Assembly (NCBI GenBank): GCA_965198065.1
Contig: CBDAON010000004.1
Location: forward strand, 1,024,001 to 1,088,000
Reading direction: 5' to 3'
Length of the DNA stretch: 64,000 nucleotides
Source: Longimicrobiales bacterium
Lineage (GTDB): Bacteria; Gemmatimonadota; Gemmatimonadetes; Longimicrobiales; Gaopeijiaceae
The position numbers and the translations under genes were made by a program. The notes beneath the pieces were generated by a model that was given only the letters and a program-made list of their open reading frames with translations, had not been told where the DNA came from and made no database searches. Below are positions 32,670-43,192 of this stretch, in pieces. Position 1 is the stretch's first letter. Every line of letters starts with the position of its first letter.

Positions 32670-34232
32670 TCAGCCGGCCGTGGCGGCTTCCAGCTCGGCC
32701 AGGAAGCGGGCGTTGAAGTCTTCCAGCGCTCCCTTGAGCTTCCCCTCCAGCTCTTCCGTCAGGACCTTCTCGGCGCGAAGTCCGGAGAGGATCTCGGGAC
32801 CCTCGGCGTCCAGATACTCAAAGAAGGCCCGCTCCCAGTCCCCGACCCGCTCCACGGGGATCTTGTCCACGTGCCCGTTCGTGACCGCATAGATCGAGAC
32901 CACCTGCTTCTCCACCGGCACCGGGGCATACTGCGGCTGCTTCAGGATCTCCACCGTCCGGGCGCCCCGCGCGAGCTGCCGCTGTGTCGCGGCGTCCAGG
33001 TCCGAGCCGAATTGGGCGAAGGCCTCGAGCTCCCGGTACTGGGCCAGGTCCAGACGAAGGCTCCCGGCCACCTTCTTCATCGCCTTGATCTGCGCGGCCC
33101 CTCCGACGCGCGATACCGAGATCCCCACGTTCACGGCCGGCCGCACGCCCTGGTGAAACAGGTCCAGCTCCAAGTAGATCTGCCCGTCCGTGATCGAGAT
33201 CACGTTCGTCGGGATGTAGGTCAATTCTCCGGCCTGCGTCTCGATTATCGGGAGGGCCGTGAGCGAGCCGCCCCCGTGCGCAGGGGAGAGCTTCGCCGCC
33301 CTCTCTAGGAGGCGGGAGTGGAGGTAGAAGACGTCGCCCGGGTACGCCTCTCGTCCGGGAGGACGGCGAAGGACGAGGGAGAGCTGGCGGTACGCTTGCG
33401 CCTGCTTTGTCAGGTCGTCGTAGATCACGAGCGCGTGCTTCCCCTGCCACATGAAGTGCTCCGCGAGGGCCGTGGCCGAGTACGGAGCGATGTACTGCAT
33501 CGGCGCGGGATCCGCTGCGCTCGTGGTCATCACGATCGTGTACTCCAGCGCCCCGGCCTCGCGGAGCGTCTCCACGACCGCCGCCACCCTTCCGGCCCGC
33601 TGCCCGATCGCGCAGTAGACGCAGATCACGTCCGTATCCTTCTGGTTCAGGATCGTGTCCACGGTGATCGCCGTCTTTCCGGTGGAACGGTCGCCGATGA
33701 TGAGCTCGCGCTGGCCGCGGCCGATGGGGGTCATGGAGTCGATCGCCTTGATCCCGGTCTGGAGGGGCTGGTTCACGGGCTCGCGGAGCACGATCCCCGG
33801 GGCCACGATGTCGATCATCCGGGACCCCTCCAGAGGGTCGATCGGACCCTTGGCGTCCACCGGGTTTCCGAGGGGGTCCACGACCCGCCCGAGGTACCCA
33901 CTCCCCACGGGGACCTCAAGCACGCGCCCCGTGCGCCGAACCTGGTCTCCCTCCTCCAGCCTGAGCCAGTCCCCCAGGATCACGGCACCGATGTTGTCCT
34001 CCTCGAGGTTCAGGGCGAGCGCGGTCACGGGCTCGCCGCCCTCGGAGGGGGTGATCTCCAGCATCTCGCTGACCATCGCGTTGGTGAGGCCGTAAATGCG
34101 TGCGATGCCGTCCTTGACCTCGAGAACCTCGCCGACGTCCTCGGCCTGGAGATCCTCCTCGTAGTTCTCGATGGCGTTGAGGAGCACGCCCTTGATCTCG
34201 CTGGCCCGGAGCTGAGTGTCCGAGTTAGCCAT
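32670..34232 (-). CDS. atpA: ATP synthase F1 alpha subunit
   Basis: [31 protein letters not shown]. Confidence 0.98.
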   Translation of the reverse strand: MANSDTQLRASEIKGVLLNAIENYEEDLQAEDVGEVLEVKDGIARIYGLTNAMVSEMLEITPSEGGEPVTALALNLEEDNIGAVILGDWLRLEEGDQVRRTGRVLEVPVGSGYLGRVVDPLGNPVDAKGPIDPLEGSRMIDIVAPGIVLREPVNQPLQTGIKAIDSMTPIGRGQRELIIGDRSTGKTAITVDTILNQKDTDVICVYCAIGQRAGRVAAVVETLREAGALEYTIVMTTSAADPAPMQYIAPYSATALAEHFMWQGKHALVIYDDLTKQAQAYRQLSLVLRRPPGREAYPGDVFYLHSRLLERAAKLSPAHGGGSLTALPIIETQAGELTYIPTNVISITDGQIYLELDLFHQGVRPAVNVGISVSRVGGAAQIKAMKKVAGSLRLDLAQYRELEAFAQFGSDLDAATQRQLARGARTVEILKQPQYAPVPVEKQVVSIYAVTNGHVDKIPVERVGDWERAFFEYLDAEGPEILSGLRAEKVLTEELEGKLKGALEDFNARFLAELEAATAG

Positions 34233-34271
34233 GGTTGTGCAGTCCTTGCGCGGCTGTCCTGACGCCTCGTG

Positions 34272-34826
34272 TTAGTCCGTAGACACCTGGGCAGCGAGTA
34301 GCCGCCGCCTGAGTTGGGCCATCCGGCGGCGCAGGGAGCCGTCGAAGACCGTGTCGCCGCTCCGGAAGACGATTCCGCCCAGTAGCTCCGGGACGACCCG
34401 CACGTGCGGGATCACCTCCCTGCCGACGAGCCGGGAGAGCCTCTCCTTAACCCCTTCGAGCATGGCAGGCTCCGGCTCGCGGGCGAGCGACACCTCCACG
34501 TGCGCGCGGCCGAGCCGCTCGTCCACGAGGAGCTGGTATTCGCGGTTCATGGAACGAAGGAGCCGCTGCCGCCGCTTGTCGATTGTGAGGAGCAGGAAGT
34601 TCAGGACGGGCCCAGGTACTCTCCCCGAGAGCCCCTCCCTGAGGACCTTCTGCTTCTCCTCTCGTTCGATCCTGGGGGTCTCCAGGAAGAGCCTGAGGTC
34701 GGGGTGCTCGCCCAGGAGCCTCGCGATCCCCTGGAGCGCCTCGGCGAACTCCAGGGTCCTCCCGTCGCGCTCGGCCAGCTCGAACAGAGCCTGGGCGTAG
34801 CTTCGGGCGACGATCTGCCCCTGCAC
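34272..34826 (-). CDS. atpH: ATP synthase F1 delta subunit
   Basis: ARSYAQALF, LLGG..FDGSL; operon position. Confidence 0.95.
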   Translation of the reverse strand: MQGQIVARSYAQALFELAERDGRTLEFAEALQGIARLLGEHPDLRLFLETPRIEREEKQKVLREGLSGRVPGPVLNFLLLTIDKRRQRLLRSMNREYQLLVDERLGRAHVEVSLAREPEPAMLEGVKERLSRLVGREVIPHVRVVPELLGGIVFRSGDTVFDGSLRRRMAQLRRRLLAAQVSTD

Positions 34827-34828
34827 GC

Positions 34829-35326
34829 TTAGGCCTCCGCCGACTTACGGTCCACTTCCCGCAGGTACTCCTCGACCAGCGCCCGGTCGGCCTGGGCGTC
34901 GAGGTTTCGCCTGAGGAGCTTGGACGCCGCCGAGAGGGCGAGATCGACCGACTCCGTCCGGAGTGTGTCCAGCGCCTGATCCTTCTCCCGCTCGATCTCG
35001 CTCCGCGCCCGGTCGAGCATGCGTTCGCCCTCCTCGCGGGCCTTGGCCTCGATCTCTCCCCGTAGACGCTCGCCCGCCTCCCTGGCTCCGGCTACGATCC
35101 CCTGAGCCTGCCTCCGCGCCTCGGCCATCTGCTCCCGGTGCTGAGCCAGGAGCTTGGTGGCCTCGGCCCGTTCGGCGGCGGCCTGGTCCAGGGTGCCCTG
35201 GATTCCCTTCTCCCGCGCCTCAACGGCCGCGAGGATCGGCCCCCACGCGAACTTCCAGAGGATCGCGAGCAGCGCAACAAACACGATGCTCGTCCAGACG
35301 AAGAGCCCAAAGTTCAAGTCGAACAA
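34829..35326 (-). CDS. atpF: ATP synthase Fo b subunit
   Basis: N-terminal TM (LWKFAWGPI) followed by a coiled coil. Confidence 0.95.
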   Translation of the reverse strand: MFDLNFGLFVWTSIVFVALLAILWKFAWGPILAAVEAREKGIQGTLDQAAAERAEATKLLAQHREQMAEARRQAQGIVAGAREAGERLRGEIEAKAREEGERMLDRARSEIEREKDQALDTLRTESVDLALSAASKLLRRNLDAQADRALVEEYLREVDRKSAEA

Positions 35327-35416
35327 CCGTCCTCCTTGTGACTCGGCGACGTGTCCGTCCCACGAGCGACCGAGCGACCCGGATGCGGATCGTCCGCGCG
35401 TCGAGGAACGTGCCCG

Positions 35417-35671
35417 CTATTGGAAAACCAGGAACACCAGACCTAGCCCGAAGAGCGCGGCTCCCTCCACGAGGGCGGCGAAGATGATGGCTGCCGTCTG
35501 GATCTGAGCCGCGGCTTCAGGCTGTCGGGCAATCCCCGACGCAGCAGCGGAACCGATCGGCCCGATCCCGAGGCCGGCTCCGATCACGGCGCCCGCGATA
35601 CCGAGTCCCGCGCCGATGAGACCGGTGTTTCCTCCAGCCGCAACCTCCTGAAGAGCCGTGGGCAAGAGCAT
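35417..35671 (-). CDS. atpE: ATP synthase Fo c subunit (probably H+-type)
   Basis: GxGxG repeats, ARQPE loop, conserved Glu (LVEGAA); no Na+-binding Q/ES/T signature. Confidence 0.95.
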   Translation of the reverse strand: MLLPTALQEVAAGGNTGLIGAGLGIAGAVIGAGLGIGPIGSAAASGIARQPEAAAQIQTAAIIFAALVEGAALFGLGLVFLVFQ

Positions 35672-35695
35672 CTTTTTTCCTTGTCTACGAGGTGA

Positions 35696-36613
35696 TTAAT
35701 GAGCGTGACGAATGAGCCCGATGAACACGGACGTGAGCATGGCGAAGATGTACGCCTGCAGGAAGGCCACGAAGAGCTCCAGGATCATGAGGACGCTGGC
35801 CAACGCCACGGATCCGACGCCCATCAGGTAGTTCTGGAGCACGAGAATCATGCCCAGGAGCGCCAGGATCAGTGTGTGTCCCGCCGTCATGTTGGCCAGA
35901 AGCCGCACGGCAAGAGCGAAGGGCTTGGTCAGCTTACCCAGGAACTCGACCGGCACGAGGATCGCCACCATGAGGGGCTTCATGAGCGTCGGGACCCCCG
36001 GAGGCAGGAAGAAGATCGTCTTCGCGTACCCTGTCGGTCCCAGCGCCCGGAACCCCGAGATCTCGATGACGATGAAGCTGATCGTGGCGAGCGCCGCGGT
36101 GACGGATAGGTTCGCCGTCGGCGTGACCCCCAGCGGGGTCAGGCCGATCAGGTTCATCCCGAGGATGAAGAAGAAGAGGGTGAGGATGAACGGAGTGTAT
36201 CCATCCGCCCCGTGCCCGATGTTCGGGCGGACCACCTCGTCCCTGAAGTAGAGGATCATCGCCTCCATGGAGTTGGCGAAGCCGCCTGGCGCTTTCTCCA
36301 CGCCCCTCGAGCGGATCATTCGTGCCACCGGGATGAAGACCACGGCCAGGAACGCCGCCACGAGCAGCATCACCACCAGATGCCGGGTCGGGGAGAGATC
36401 GAGGGTGAGGCCCCCGAGCTGGATCGGCTCGATGGCCAGCCCGTGCAGATCCAGGTGAAGGCCGGCAAACTCGATGACGTAGTCGTCGCCGATGTGGTGC
36501 GAGATCCAGTCGGGGAGCCCTTCCATGGTGAGCGGCTCATCGGCCTCCGCGCCGAGAGCGGCTTCCTGGGTCACTTCGACGGCCTGCTCCTGCAGCGCTC
36601 GGATCCGATTCAT
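35696..36613 (-). CDS. atpB: ATP synthase Fo a subunit
   Basis: TANLSVT, LAVRLLANMTAGH, LQAYIF. Confidence 0.96.
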   Translation of the reverse strand: MNRIRALQEQAVEVTQEAALGAEADEPLTMEGLPDWISHHIGDDYVIEFAGLHLDLHGLAIEPIQLGGLTLDLSPTRHLVVMLLVAAFLAVVFIPVARMIRSRGVEKAPGGFANSMEAMILYFRDEVVRPNIGHGADGYTPFILTLFFFILGMNLIGLTPLGVTPTANLSVTAALATISFIVIEISGFRALGPTGYAKTIFFLPPGVPTLMKPLMVAILVPVEFLGKLTKPFALAVRLLANMTAGHTLILALLGMILVLQNYLMGVGSVALASVLMILELFVAFLQAYIFAMLTSVFIGLIRHAH

Positions 36614-36984
36614 GCCGGGGTCTCCACGCCCAGTCGACCCTTCAGGAACACCGGCTCCAGGAGGAGCAGCACGAAGAAGAATCCTACTAGGGACAGCACC
36701 AGCGACGCGCGTGCCTCCCGCTCGAGGCCAGACGAAAGAACCCCGACCACCACGACCACGAGGAATCTGAGCGCGATTCCGGCGCCCCACCAGGCGAAGA
36801 ACCGGGTGACGTCACCCCGCGCTCCCTGGAGCAAGCCGAAGGCCAGGACCTGAACCGGCACGGCGATCCCCGCCGCCAAGAGCACTCCCGTCCGTCCCAC
36901 TTCATCCAGGAGTGCAAGGAGAGCCGCCGAGCCGATGCCGACCACCAGGAGCGAGATCAGGGCGTACCGGACGACGGCGTTCAA
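36610..36984 (-). CDS. atpI: ATP synthase protein I-like 4-TM protein
   Basis: Four hydrophobic segments; directly upstream of atpB. Confidence 0.7.
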   Translation of the reverse strand: MNAVVRYALISLLVVGIGSAALLALLDEVGRTGVLLAAGIAVPVQVLAFGLLQGARGDVTRFFAWWGAGIALRFLVVVVVGVLSSGLEREARASLVLSLVGFFFVLLLLEPVFLKGRLGVETPA

Positions 36985-37256
36985 TCCTTCCCGCTCCGCT
37001 TCGAGTCCCGCTCTCGTTCCACGCGCGGCCGAATCACCAGCTGCAGGTAGATGCTGTAGAAGCCCGCGGCACCTCCGAGCGCCATCCCGAGGAGCGTGAG
37101 AGCCGCATGGGCGCCTATCCGCTCACCGATCTCCGACCCAATCCATCCGAAAAGGGCGACCGAGGCCGCCAACGCCATCCCGTGACCCAAGTACCGGGAA
37201 GAGGCTCGAACAACGTCCGCGCCTTCGAGTCGCCCCGGATCTTTGGGCTCCGGCAT
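36981..37256 (-). CDS. atpZ: AtpZ/AtpI family 2-TM protein
   Basis: G..LAASVALFGWIG..IG..LTLLGMALG..AGFY; first gene of the atp operon. Confidence 0.75.
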   Translation of the reverse strand: MPEPKDPGRLEGADVVRASSRYLGHGMALAASVALFGWIGSEIGERIGAHAALTLLGMALGGAAGFYSIYLQLVIRPRVERERDSKRSGKD

Positions 37257-37543
37257 CGCCTGAAATCCCTCTCGGACGGCCTCGCCGACCGGCTTACAGC
37301 CGGAAAACTTAGAGGCTTGTGAAAAATCGCGCAAGCGAGCCCGGAGCTCTCGGCGGCAGGCGGGCGACCCACCACGGGGGCCCTCACGGGGGTGGGGTTA
37401 GGAGTCATCTGAGGGTGGCTGTTCCTGGGGGGCCGGGGCCCGCCTTCACCCCCCCTTGGCACCGTCCGCGCGGCGGTCGTATCCTTCCAAAGGTTCGCGC
37501 ACGAGTGCGGTGGCGAAAGGTACCCCGAGCGGAGGAAGGTACG

Positions 37544-38557
37544 TTGGCCGACGGATTGGCGGTCAAGGATAGGGATCTGGAGCTGCTCGAGGACGTCGCC
37601 CGGGTGGCGGAACAGCTCCGGGCCGAGGTCGGGCGGCGGGTCGTCGGGCAGCTCGAGATCGTGGAAGGTTTGCTCCTGGCGCTCCTGGCGAACGGGCACG
37701 TGCTCTTGGTCGGCGTCCCAGGCCTCGCGAAGACGCTCCTCATTTCGACGCTCGCGGAGGCCCTGGATCTGGAGTTCCAGCGTATCCAGTTCACCCCGGA
37801 CCTGATGCCTACCGACATCACGGGCACCGAGGTCATCGAGGAGGATCGGACGACCGGTCGGCGGGTGTTCCGGTTCGTGCCGGGACCGGTCTTCGCGAAC
37901 GTGGTCCTCGCCGACGAGATCAATCGTACACCCCCGAAGACCCAGGCCGCGCTCCTCCAGGCCATGCAGGAGCACGCCGTGACGGCCGCCGGCGAGACGC
38001 ATGCACTCCCGTCGCCGTTCTTCGTGCTCGCGACCCAGAACCCCATCGAGCAGGAAGGGACGTACCCGCTTCCCGAAGCTCAGCTGGACCGCTTCATGTT
38101 CGAGCTCCGGATCACCTATCCATCCCGGGAGGAGGAGGAGCAGGTCGCCCTCCAGACCACTGGGGAGATGCTTCCGGAGGTACGTCCGCTCGTGACGGCC
38201 GAGCGTCTTCTCGAGCTTCAGCAACTGGTCCGCCGTGTGCCGGTCGCCCCGTCCGTGGTTTCCCTTGCCGTCCGTCTGGCGAGGGCCACGCGTCCGAACG
38301 AGGAGGAGGCTCCGGACATGATTCGTCGATACGTGGGGTGGGGCGCCGGACCACGCGCATCCCAGTACCTGGTCCTAGGAGCCAAGGCGCGCGCCGCGCT
38401 CCGTGGGGAGCCGGTCCCCAACTTCGAGGACGTCCGGGCGGCCGCGCGTTCGGTCCTGGCCCACCGGATCGTCCCCAGCTTCGAGGCGGAGGCAGACGGG
38501 ATATCGGCCCGCCAAGTAGTCGACGAGCTCCTGAAAGAGAGCCGCGAGTGGACCTGA
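37544..38557 (+). CDS. moxR: MoxR family AAA+ ATPase
   Basis: GVPGLAKT, RIQFTPDLMPTD, ADEINRTPPKTQAALL, ATQNPIEQEGTYPLPEAQLDRF; GGAGG RBS before TTG. Confidence 0.93.
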   Translation: MADGLAVKDRDLELLEDVARVAEQLRAEVGRRVVGQLEIVEGLLLALLANGHVLLVGVPGLAKTLLISTLAEALDLEFQRIQFTPDLMPTDITGTEVIEEDRTTGRRVFRFVPGPVFANVVLADEINRTPPKTQAALLQAMQEHAVTAAGETHALPSPFFVLATQNPIEQEGTYPLPEAQLDRFMFELRITYPSREEEEQVALQTTGEMLPEVRPLVTAERLLELQQLVRRVPVAPSVVSLAVRLARATRPNEEEAPDMIRRYVGWGAGPRASQYLVLGAKARAALRGEPVPNFEDVRAAARSVLAHRIVPSFEAEADGISARQVVDELLKESREWT

Positions 38558-38606
38558 GTCAAGGTAGTCCGCCCGGAGAAGACCAACCTCCGAGTAGGAC
38601 GACTCG

Positions 38607-39860
38607 ATGAACGGCCTCCTCCTTCCGGGAGTGGGGCTCGTTCTCCTTCTTTCCGCTCTGCTCTCGACCGCTGAGCTCACCGCGTTCGGCCTGAGCGCCT
38701 CCCGTCTCCGCACCCTGCTCGACGAGGGGTTTCGGGGCGCCGAGAGCCTAAGGCGGGTGCAGGAGAGAGCGGGCTCGCTCCGCCCGGCGATGTCCCTTGC
38801 GAGCGCGGCCCTGAACCTCGTCGCCGCGGGGGCCCTCGTCGGTCTCGTCGTGAGCCGCTGGGGGGCCCTCTCGCTCCTCCTAGCCGTACCGGTCGTGGCC
38901 GCGGGCATCCTCACCCTGTGCCAGGGAGTGCCGCGGCTCCTGGCCAGCCGCCAGTCTATCCGGCTGGCTCTCCTCTCCGCCCCCCCGCTGCTCCTCTTCG
39001 ACCGGGCCCTCCGCCCCGCTCTCCGCCCTCTGCTCGCTCTGGAAGCGCGGCTCCGGCGGGGGAACGGAGACGAGGATCAGTCCACGGAGGCACGGGAGCT
39101 CGAGCAGCTCACGGAGCTCGGCAAGAGGGAAGGTGTCGTGGAGGAGGAGGAGCACGAGCTCGTCGAGCGCGCCTTTCGGATGGACGAGCTGACCGCGTGG
39201 GACATCATGACCCCCCGGGTGGACGTCTTCGCCCTGCGCGACTCTCTCACGCTTGAGGAGGTAGCCCCGGAGCTTCACGCCGCGCCGTACTCGCGGGTCC
39301 CGCTCTACGCGGATTCGATCGACAACGTGACCGGAGTCCTACACGTGCGCGACGCCTACGAAGCCTACGTGGCGGGCCGCCGGACGCTCAGGCTCTCGGA
39401 GCTCGCCCGGGACCCGCTCATCGTTCCCGGCTCGTTGCCCCTCCCTCGGCTGCTCAGGAACTTTCAGGCGAGGCGGCTCCATCTTGGGATTGTGGCGGAC
39501 GAGTTCGGTGGAACGGACGGCCTCGTGACGCTGGAGGACGTGATCGAGGAGCTCGTGGGAGAGATCGAGGACGAGACCGACGTCGCGGAGGAACCGATCC
39601 ACCGGGTCTCCCGGGCGGAGATCGTCGTGGACGGGGGGGTGGAGCTCCGTGAGATCAACATCGCGTTCAACGTGTCCCTTCCCCACCTCGAGCACCGCTC
39701 GCTGAACGGGTACATCCTGGAGGAGCTCGGAAGGGTGCCAGACGTGCGCGAGAAGATCGAGCTTCCGGGCATCGAGATCGAGGTCCTAGAAGCGACCGAG
39801 ACTCAGGTGGTCCGGGCGCGCCTGAAGAAGACGCACGCCGCGACCACCGAGGACGTGTAG
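38607..39860 (+). CDS. CNNM/HlyC-CorC family transporter (DUF21 + CBS + CorC)
   Basis: TM N-terminus, IMTPR, SRVP, DEFGGTDGLVTLEDVIEELVGEIEDE. Confidence 0.92.
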   Translation: MNGLLLPGVGLVLLLSALLSTAELTAFGLSASRLRTLLDEGFRGAESLRRVQERAGSLRPAMSLASAALNLVAAGALVGLVVSRWGALSLLLAVPVVAAGILTLCQGVPRLLASRQSIRLALLSAPPLLLFDRALRPALRPLLALEARLRRGNGDEDQSTEARELEQLTELGKREGVVEEEEHELVERAFRMDELTAWDIMTPRVDVFALRDSLTLEEVAPELHAAPYSRVPLYADSIDNVTGVLHVRDAYEAYVAGRRTLRLSELARDPLIVPGSLPLPRLLRNFQARRLHLGIVADEFGGTDGLVTLEDVIEELVGEIEDETDVAEEPIHRVSRAEIVVDGGVELREINIAFNVSLPHLEHRSLNGYILEELGRVPDVREKIELPGIEIEVLEATETQVVRARLKKTHAATTEDV

Positions 39861-39874
39861 GGACCCGGACACGC

Positions 39875-40417
39875 GTGGCGCTCCTCCTTCCCTTCGGCGG
39901 ACGACTTCCATCGGTCGCGGACGATGCGTTTCTCGCCCCCACGGCCGTTCTGGTCGGAGACGTCCGCGTGGAGGCAGGCGCGAGCGTCTGGTTCGGAGCC
40001 GTGCTCCGGGGAGACCATCGGGACCACGCGATCGTGGTCGGGGCCGAGGCGAACGTCCAGGACGGTGCCATTCTCCACGTGGGCGACTGGGGCCCCACGG
40101 TCGTGGGGCCCCGGGTCACGATCGGCCACGGCGCAATCCTCGAGTCGTGCCGGATCGGCCGGGGCTCCGTGATCGGGATGAACGCGGTGGTGCTCCAGAA
40201 GGCCGTCATCGGGGAGGAGTGTCTCGTCGCCGCGGGGGCAGTCGTCCCGGAGTCAGCCGAGATCCCGGACAGGAGCGTGGTCGCGGGAGTGCCGGGGAAG
40301 GTCAAGAAGGCGCTCGAGGGCTCGGCCGAGGCGTTCGTTCGCCGAAGCTGGAGGCACTACGTGGAGCTCGCCCGCCGATACCGTGAGGCCGGGCTCGGTG
40401 ACTTCCGCGGAGCTTGA
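39875..40417 (+). CDS. Gamma carbonic anhydrase family protein (YrdA-like)
   Basis: Hexapeptide repeats, VLRGD, NVQDG.ILH, TIGHG. Confidence 0.9.
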   Translation: MALLLPFGGRLPSVADDAFLAPTAVLVGDVRVEAGASVWFGAVLRGDHRDHAIVVGAEANVQDGAILHVGDWGPTVVGPRVTIGHGAILESCRIGRGSVIGMNAVVLQKAVIGEECLVAAGAVVPESAEIPDRSVVAGVPGKVKKALEGSAEAFVRRSWRHYVELARRYREAGLGDFRGA

Positions 40418-40460
40418 GGCGGAACGCGCCGGCAGAAGTGGCGAGCGCCGGAGACGAGCC

Positions 40461-40682
40461 ATGGCGGGGGAGCGGAGGAGCACGGGAGAGGGGCCCCGGG
40501 AGGAGAGGACCGGGTACCGGAGCGGAGATCCCCGGTTCCGACCTCCTGACCCCGAGACGAGCCCTGGCCGGTCCACTGCGTCGGCTCCACGCTGCGACCT
40601 CTGCGGCGCCGAGATGCTCGAGATCCACTGCCGGCTCGTGTGCTTGCAGTGCGGTTACCAGAGGGACTGCTCGGATCCCTGA
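40461..40682 (+). CDS. Small zinc-finger protein
   Basis: C-terminal CDLC..HC..CLQCG..DCSDP; start uncertain. Confidence 0.65.
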   Translation: MAGERRSTGEGPREERTGYRSGDPRFRPPDPETSPGRSTASAPRCDLCGAEMLEIHCRLVCLQCGYQRDCSDP

Positions 40683-40742
40683 GGAAGGTCGCTAGGGGAT
40701 GCCCGCGCAATTCCCCTGGCCCGGGTGCGGCGAAGGGCATCG

Positions 40743-41513
40743 CTAAGGGCCGAAGGCCCACCCCACGTACCAGCCGACGATCAGGTCCCCCCATCCGAAC
40801 GTCACGGCCGCTCCCGCGGCCAGGAAGATCCCGAATGGGACGAGCTTCCCCGTCTTGAGCGAGATCGGGCCGAAGATGGCGGCCCCGAGGAAGGCGGAGA
40901 GGAAGATCGTCAGGAACACGCCGTCCACCCCGAGGAAGGCTCCGATCATGGCCATCATCTTGATGTCGCCCCCACCCATCGCCTCCTTCTTGAACGCCTT
41001 CTCGCCCGCCCAGGCCACGAGCCAGAGTAGCGCGAACCCGAGGACCGCCCCGTAGACGGCCTGGAGAGTACCGATCGCGGGCGTGAGGGGGGCCAGGGCC
41101 AGCCCCACGACCGTCCCTCCGATGGAGAACTGATCCGGAATGATGTAGGAGCGCGCGTCGCTTACGGCGATCCCCAGGAGGATCGTGAGGAACAGGGCCC
41201 CGCGCAGCGCTTCCACCTCCACTCCATGGAGGAGCACCATGCCTCCCCAGATCAGCCCGGTAGCCAGCTCAACCAGCGGATACTGGATCGAGATCGAGGT
41301 CCCGCACGTACGGCACCGACCCCGGAGCAGGAGCCAGCTGACGACCGGGACGTTGTCGTGCCAGCGGATCCGTTCGCCGCAGCCGGGGCAGCGGGAGGGG
41401 GGCCGGACGACGGACTCGTAGACCGGCTAACGAAGCGCACAGACGTTCAGGAACGAACCGAACGCCAGCCCAAATACGAAGACGGCAGCGGCGGAAAGCC
41501 AGAGATCGGTCAC
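40743..41513 (-). pseudogene. pilD: Prepilin peptidase/N-methyltransferase with an in-frame amber stop at codon 29
   Basis: GTG 41513: VTDLW..GSFLNVCALR*PVYESVVRPPSRCPGC..DNVPVVSW..CRTC..SD..IIPD..MGGGDIK..VPFG; TAG at 41429-41427; frame otherwise intact. Confidence 0.88.
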
Positions 41514-42307
41514 CGGGTGCATCCCGGCCCGAGCGCCCAGAGGAGGATCGCCCCCGCGCTCGCGACGTTGAGCGACTCCACACCCTCGGCGACCGGGATC
41601 GCGACGCGCGTCGCCCTCGCCTCCCGGCGCGCCTCGGGCCTCGCGCCCGCCCCCTCGTTTCCGACGAGGAGCGCCCAGCCCGGATCGGGGCTCCCCCTCC
41701 CGTTCAGCCAGCTACGAACGTCCTCTCCCGCCCCGTCGGCCAAGAGGAGCGGGACCCCGGCACCCGCGAGCCAGTCCCGCCCGCTCGCCCAGGACACCGG
41801 ATGGAGCGGCAGGGCGAAGGAGAGACCGGCCGAGGCGCGGACCGCCTTCGAGCTCCACGGGTCCGCTGTACCGTCCAGGAGCAGGACTCGCTCGAGGCCG
41901 AACGCGGCCGCGGCGCGAATCAGGACCCCGACGTTCCCCGGCTCCTGCACGCGGTCCAGAACGAGGATCCGGGGCGGCCGGGTAGCGGGGCGATCCGGGA
42001 GCTCGGCCCCGGGCTCCCTCGCGAGCGCCAAGATCCCCTGCGGGCTCTCGGTGGAAGCCAGGGCGGAAAAGGTCGCCCGGGGTACTTGCACGACCTCGAC
42101 GCCAAGCGCGTGGACCCGGTCCAGGAAACGCCGGCGGGCCCCCTCCGCCGGACCCGATTCCCGCAGGGCGAAGAGGAGCTCCGCTCCGTGATCGAGCGCG
42201 GTGCCTAGGGCGCGCGGACCCTCGAGGGCCACCACGGCCTCCGCCTCCCTCCCCTTGCGAGTGCGGATCCTTCGAAGGAGACGCTCCCGGCTCCGGGTCA
42301 GCCCCAA
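41510..42307 (-). CDS. TrmH/SpoU family RNA methyltransferase
   Basis: [34 protein letters not shown]; start uncertain. Confidence 0.88.
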   Translation of the reverse strand: MGLTRSRERLLRRIRTRKGREAEAVVALEGPRALGTALDHGAELLFALRESGPAEGARRRFLDRVHALGVEVVQVPRATFSALASTESPQGILALAREPGAELPDRPATRPPRILVLDRVQEPGNVGVLIRAAAAFGLERVLLLDGTADPWSSKAVRASAGLSFALPLHPVSWASGRDWLAGAGVPLLLADGAGEDVRSWLNGRGSPDPGWALLVGNEGAGARPEARREARATRVAIPVAEGVESLNVASAGAILLWALGPGCTR

Positions 42308-42385
42308 CGGCTGTCCCGTCCCGGCGGGATTGCTCTTATCTTCAGGGCTTCGAACCTTCTCATCCGGACGGTCTCGGGCGGTGCC

Positions 42386-43192
42386 ATGGGGAACGCTCCC
42401 ACTCTCCCGGTAGCACTCACAATCGCGGGAAGCGACAGCGGTGGCGGGGCCGGAATCCAGGCCGACCTGAAGACCTTTCAGCGGTTTGGCGTCTTCGGAA
42501 CCACGGCCGTGACGGCGATCACGGCCCAAGATACCACCGGGGTCCGGGGGGTGCATCCGGTCCCTCTGGATCTCGTCCGGGCGCAGATCGACACGGTCTC
42601 GGAGGACCTGAGGCCGTCTGCCGTGAAGAGCGGGATGCTCGCGACCGCGGCGCTCGTGCGCACGGTGGCGACCGCGATCGAGGACCATGGTCTTTCCCGG
42701 TATGTGCTGGACCCCGTGATGGTCTCGTCCACCGGGGCCAGGCTCTTGGATGAAGACGCCGTGGACTCGGTGTCGAAGCACCTTCTCCCGCTCGCATGGC
42801 TCGTGACCCCGAACCTGGACGAGGCCCGGATCCTGACCGGGCTCGGCGTGGTGGGCGAGCGTGGCCAGAGTGAGGCCGCTCGCCGGCTGGTGGAAATGGG
42901 TGCCCGGGCGGCCCTAGTGAAGGGCGGTCACGCCGAGGGACCCGAGGTAGCGGACCTCTACTGGAGCGGATCCGTCGAGCGGGTCTGGCGGCGCCCGAAG
43001 CTTCCCGCCCGGAACACTCACGGCACGGGATGCACCCTCTCGGCCGCGATCACCGCCGGGCTCGCCCAGGGTCGGTCCATGGAAGAGTCCATCGAGCACG
43101 CCCTGGCCTACGTGGAGAGCGCGATCCGGACTGCACCTGGACTCGGGGAGGGCGTCGGCCCGGTCAACCACTTCGCCGAGGCTCGTCTGTAG
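42386..43192 (+). CDS. thiD: Hydroxymethylpyrimidine/phosphomethylpyrimidine kinase
   Basis: [44 protein letters not shown]. Confidence 0.96.
   Translation: MGNAPTLPVALTIAGSDSGGGAGIQADLKTFQRFGVFGTTAVTAITAQDTTGVRGVHPVPLDLVRAQIDTVSEDLRPSAVKSGMLATAALVRTVATAIEDHGLSRYVLDPVMVSSTGARLLDEDAVDSVSKHLLPLAWLVTPNLDEARILTGLGVVGERGQSEAARRLVEMGARAALVKGGHAEGPEVADLYWSGSVERVWRRPKLPARNTHGTGCTLSAAITAGLAQGRSMEESIEHALAYVESAIRTAPGLGEGVGPVNHFAEARL

Noticed and set aside
37456..37471. Sigma54 site upstream of moxR (TTGGCAC..GC)
   Set aside because: Spacing is right but it lacks the TT before GC; likely chance at this GC content
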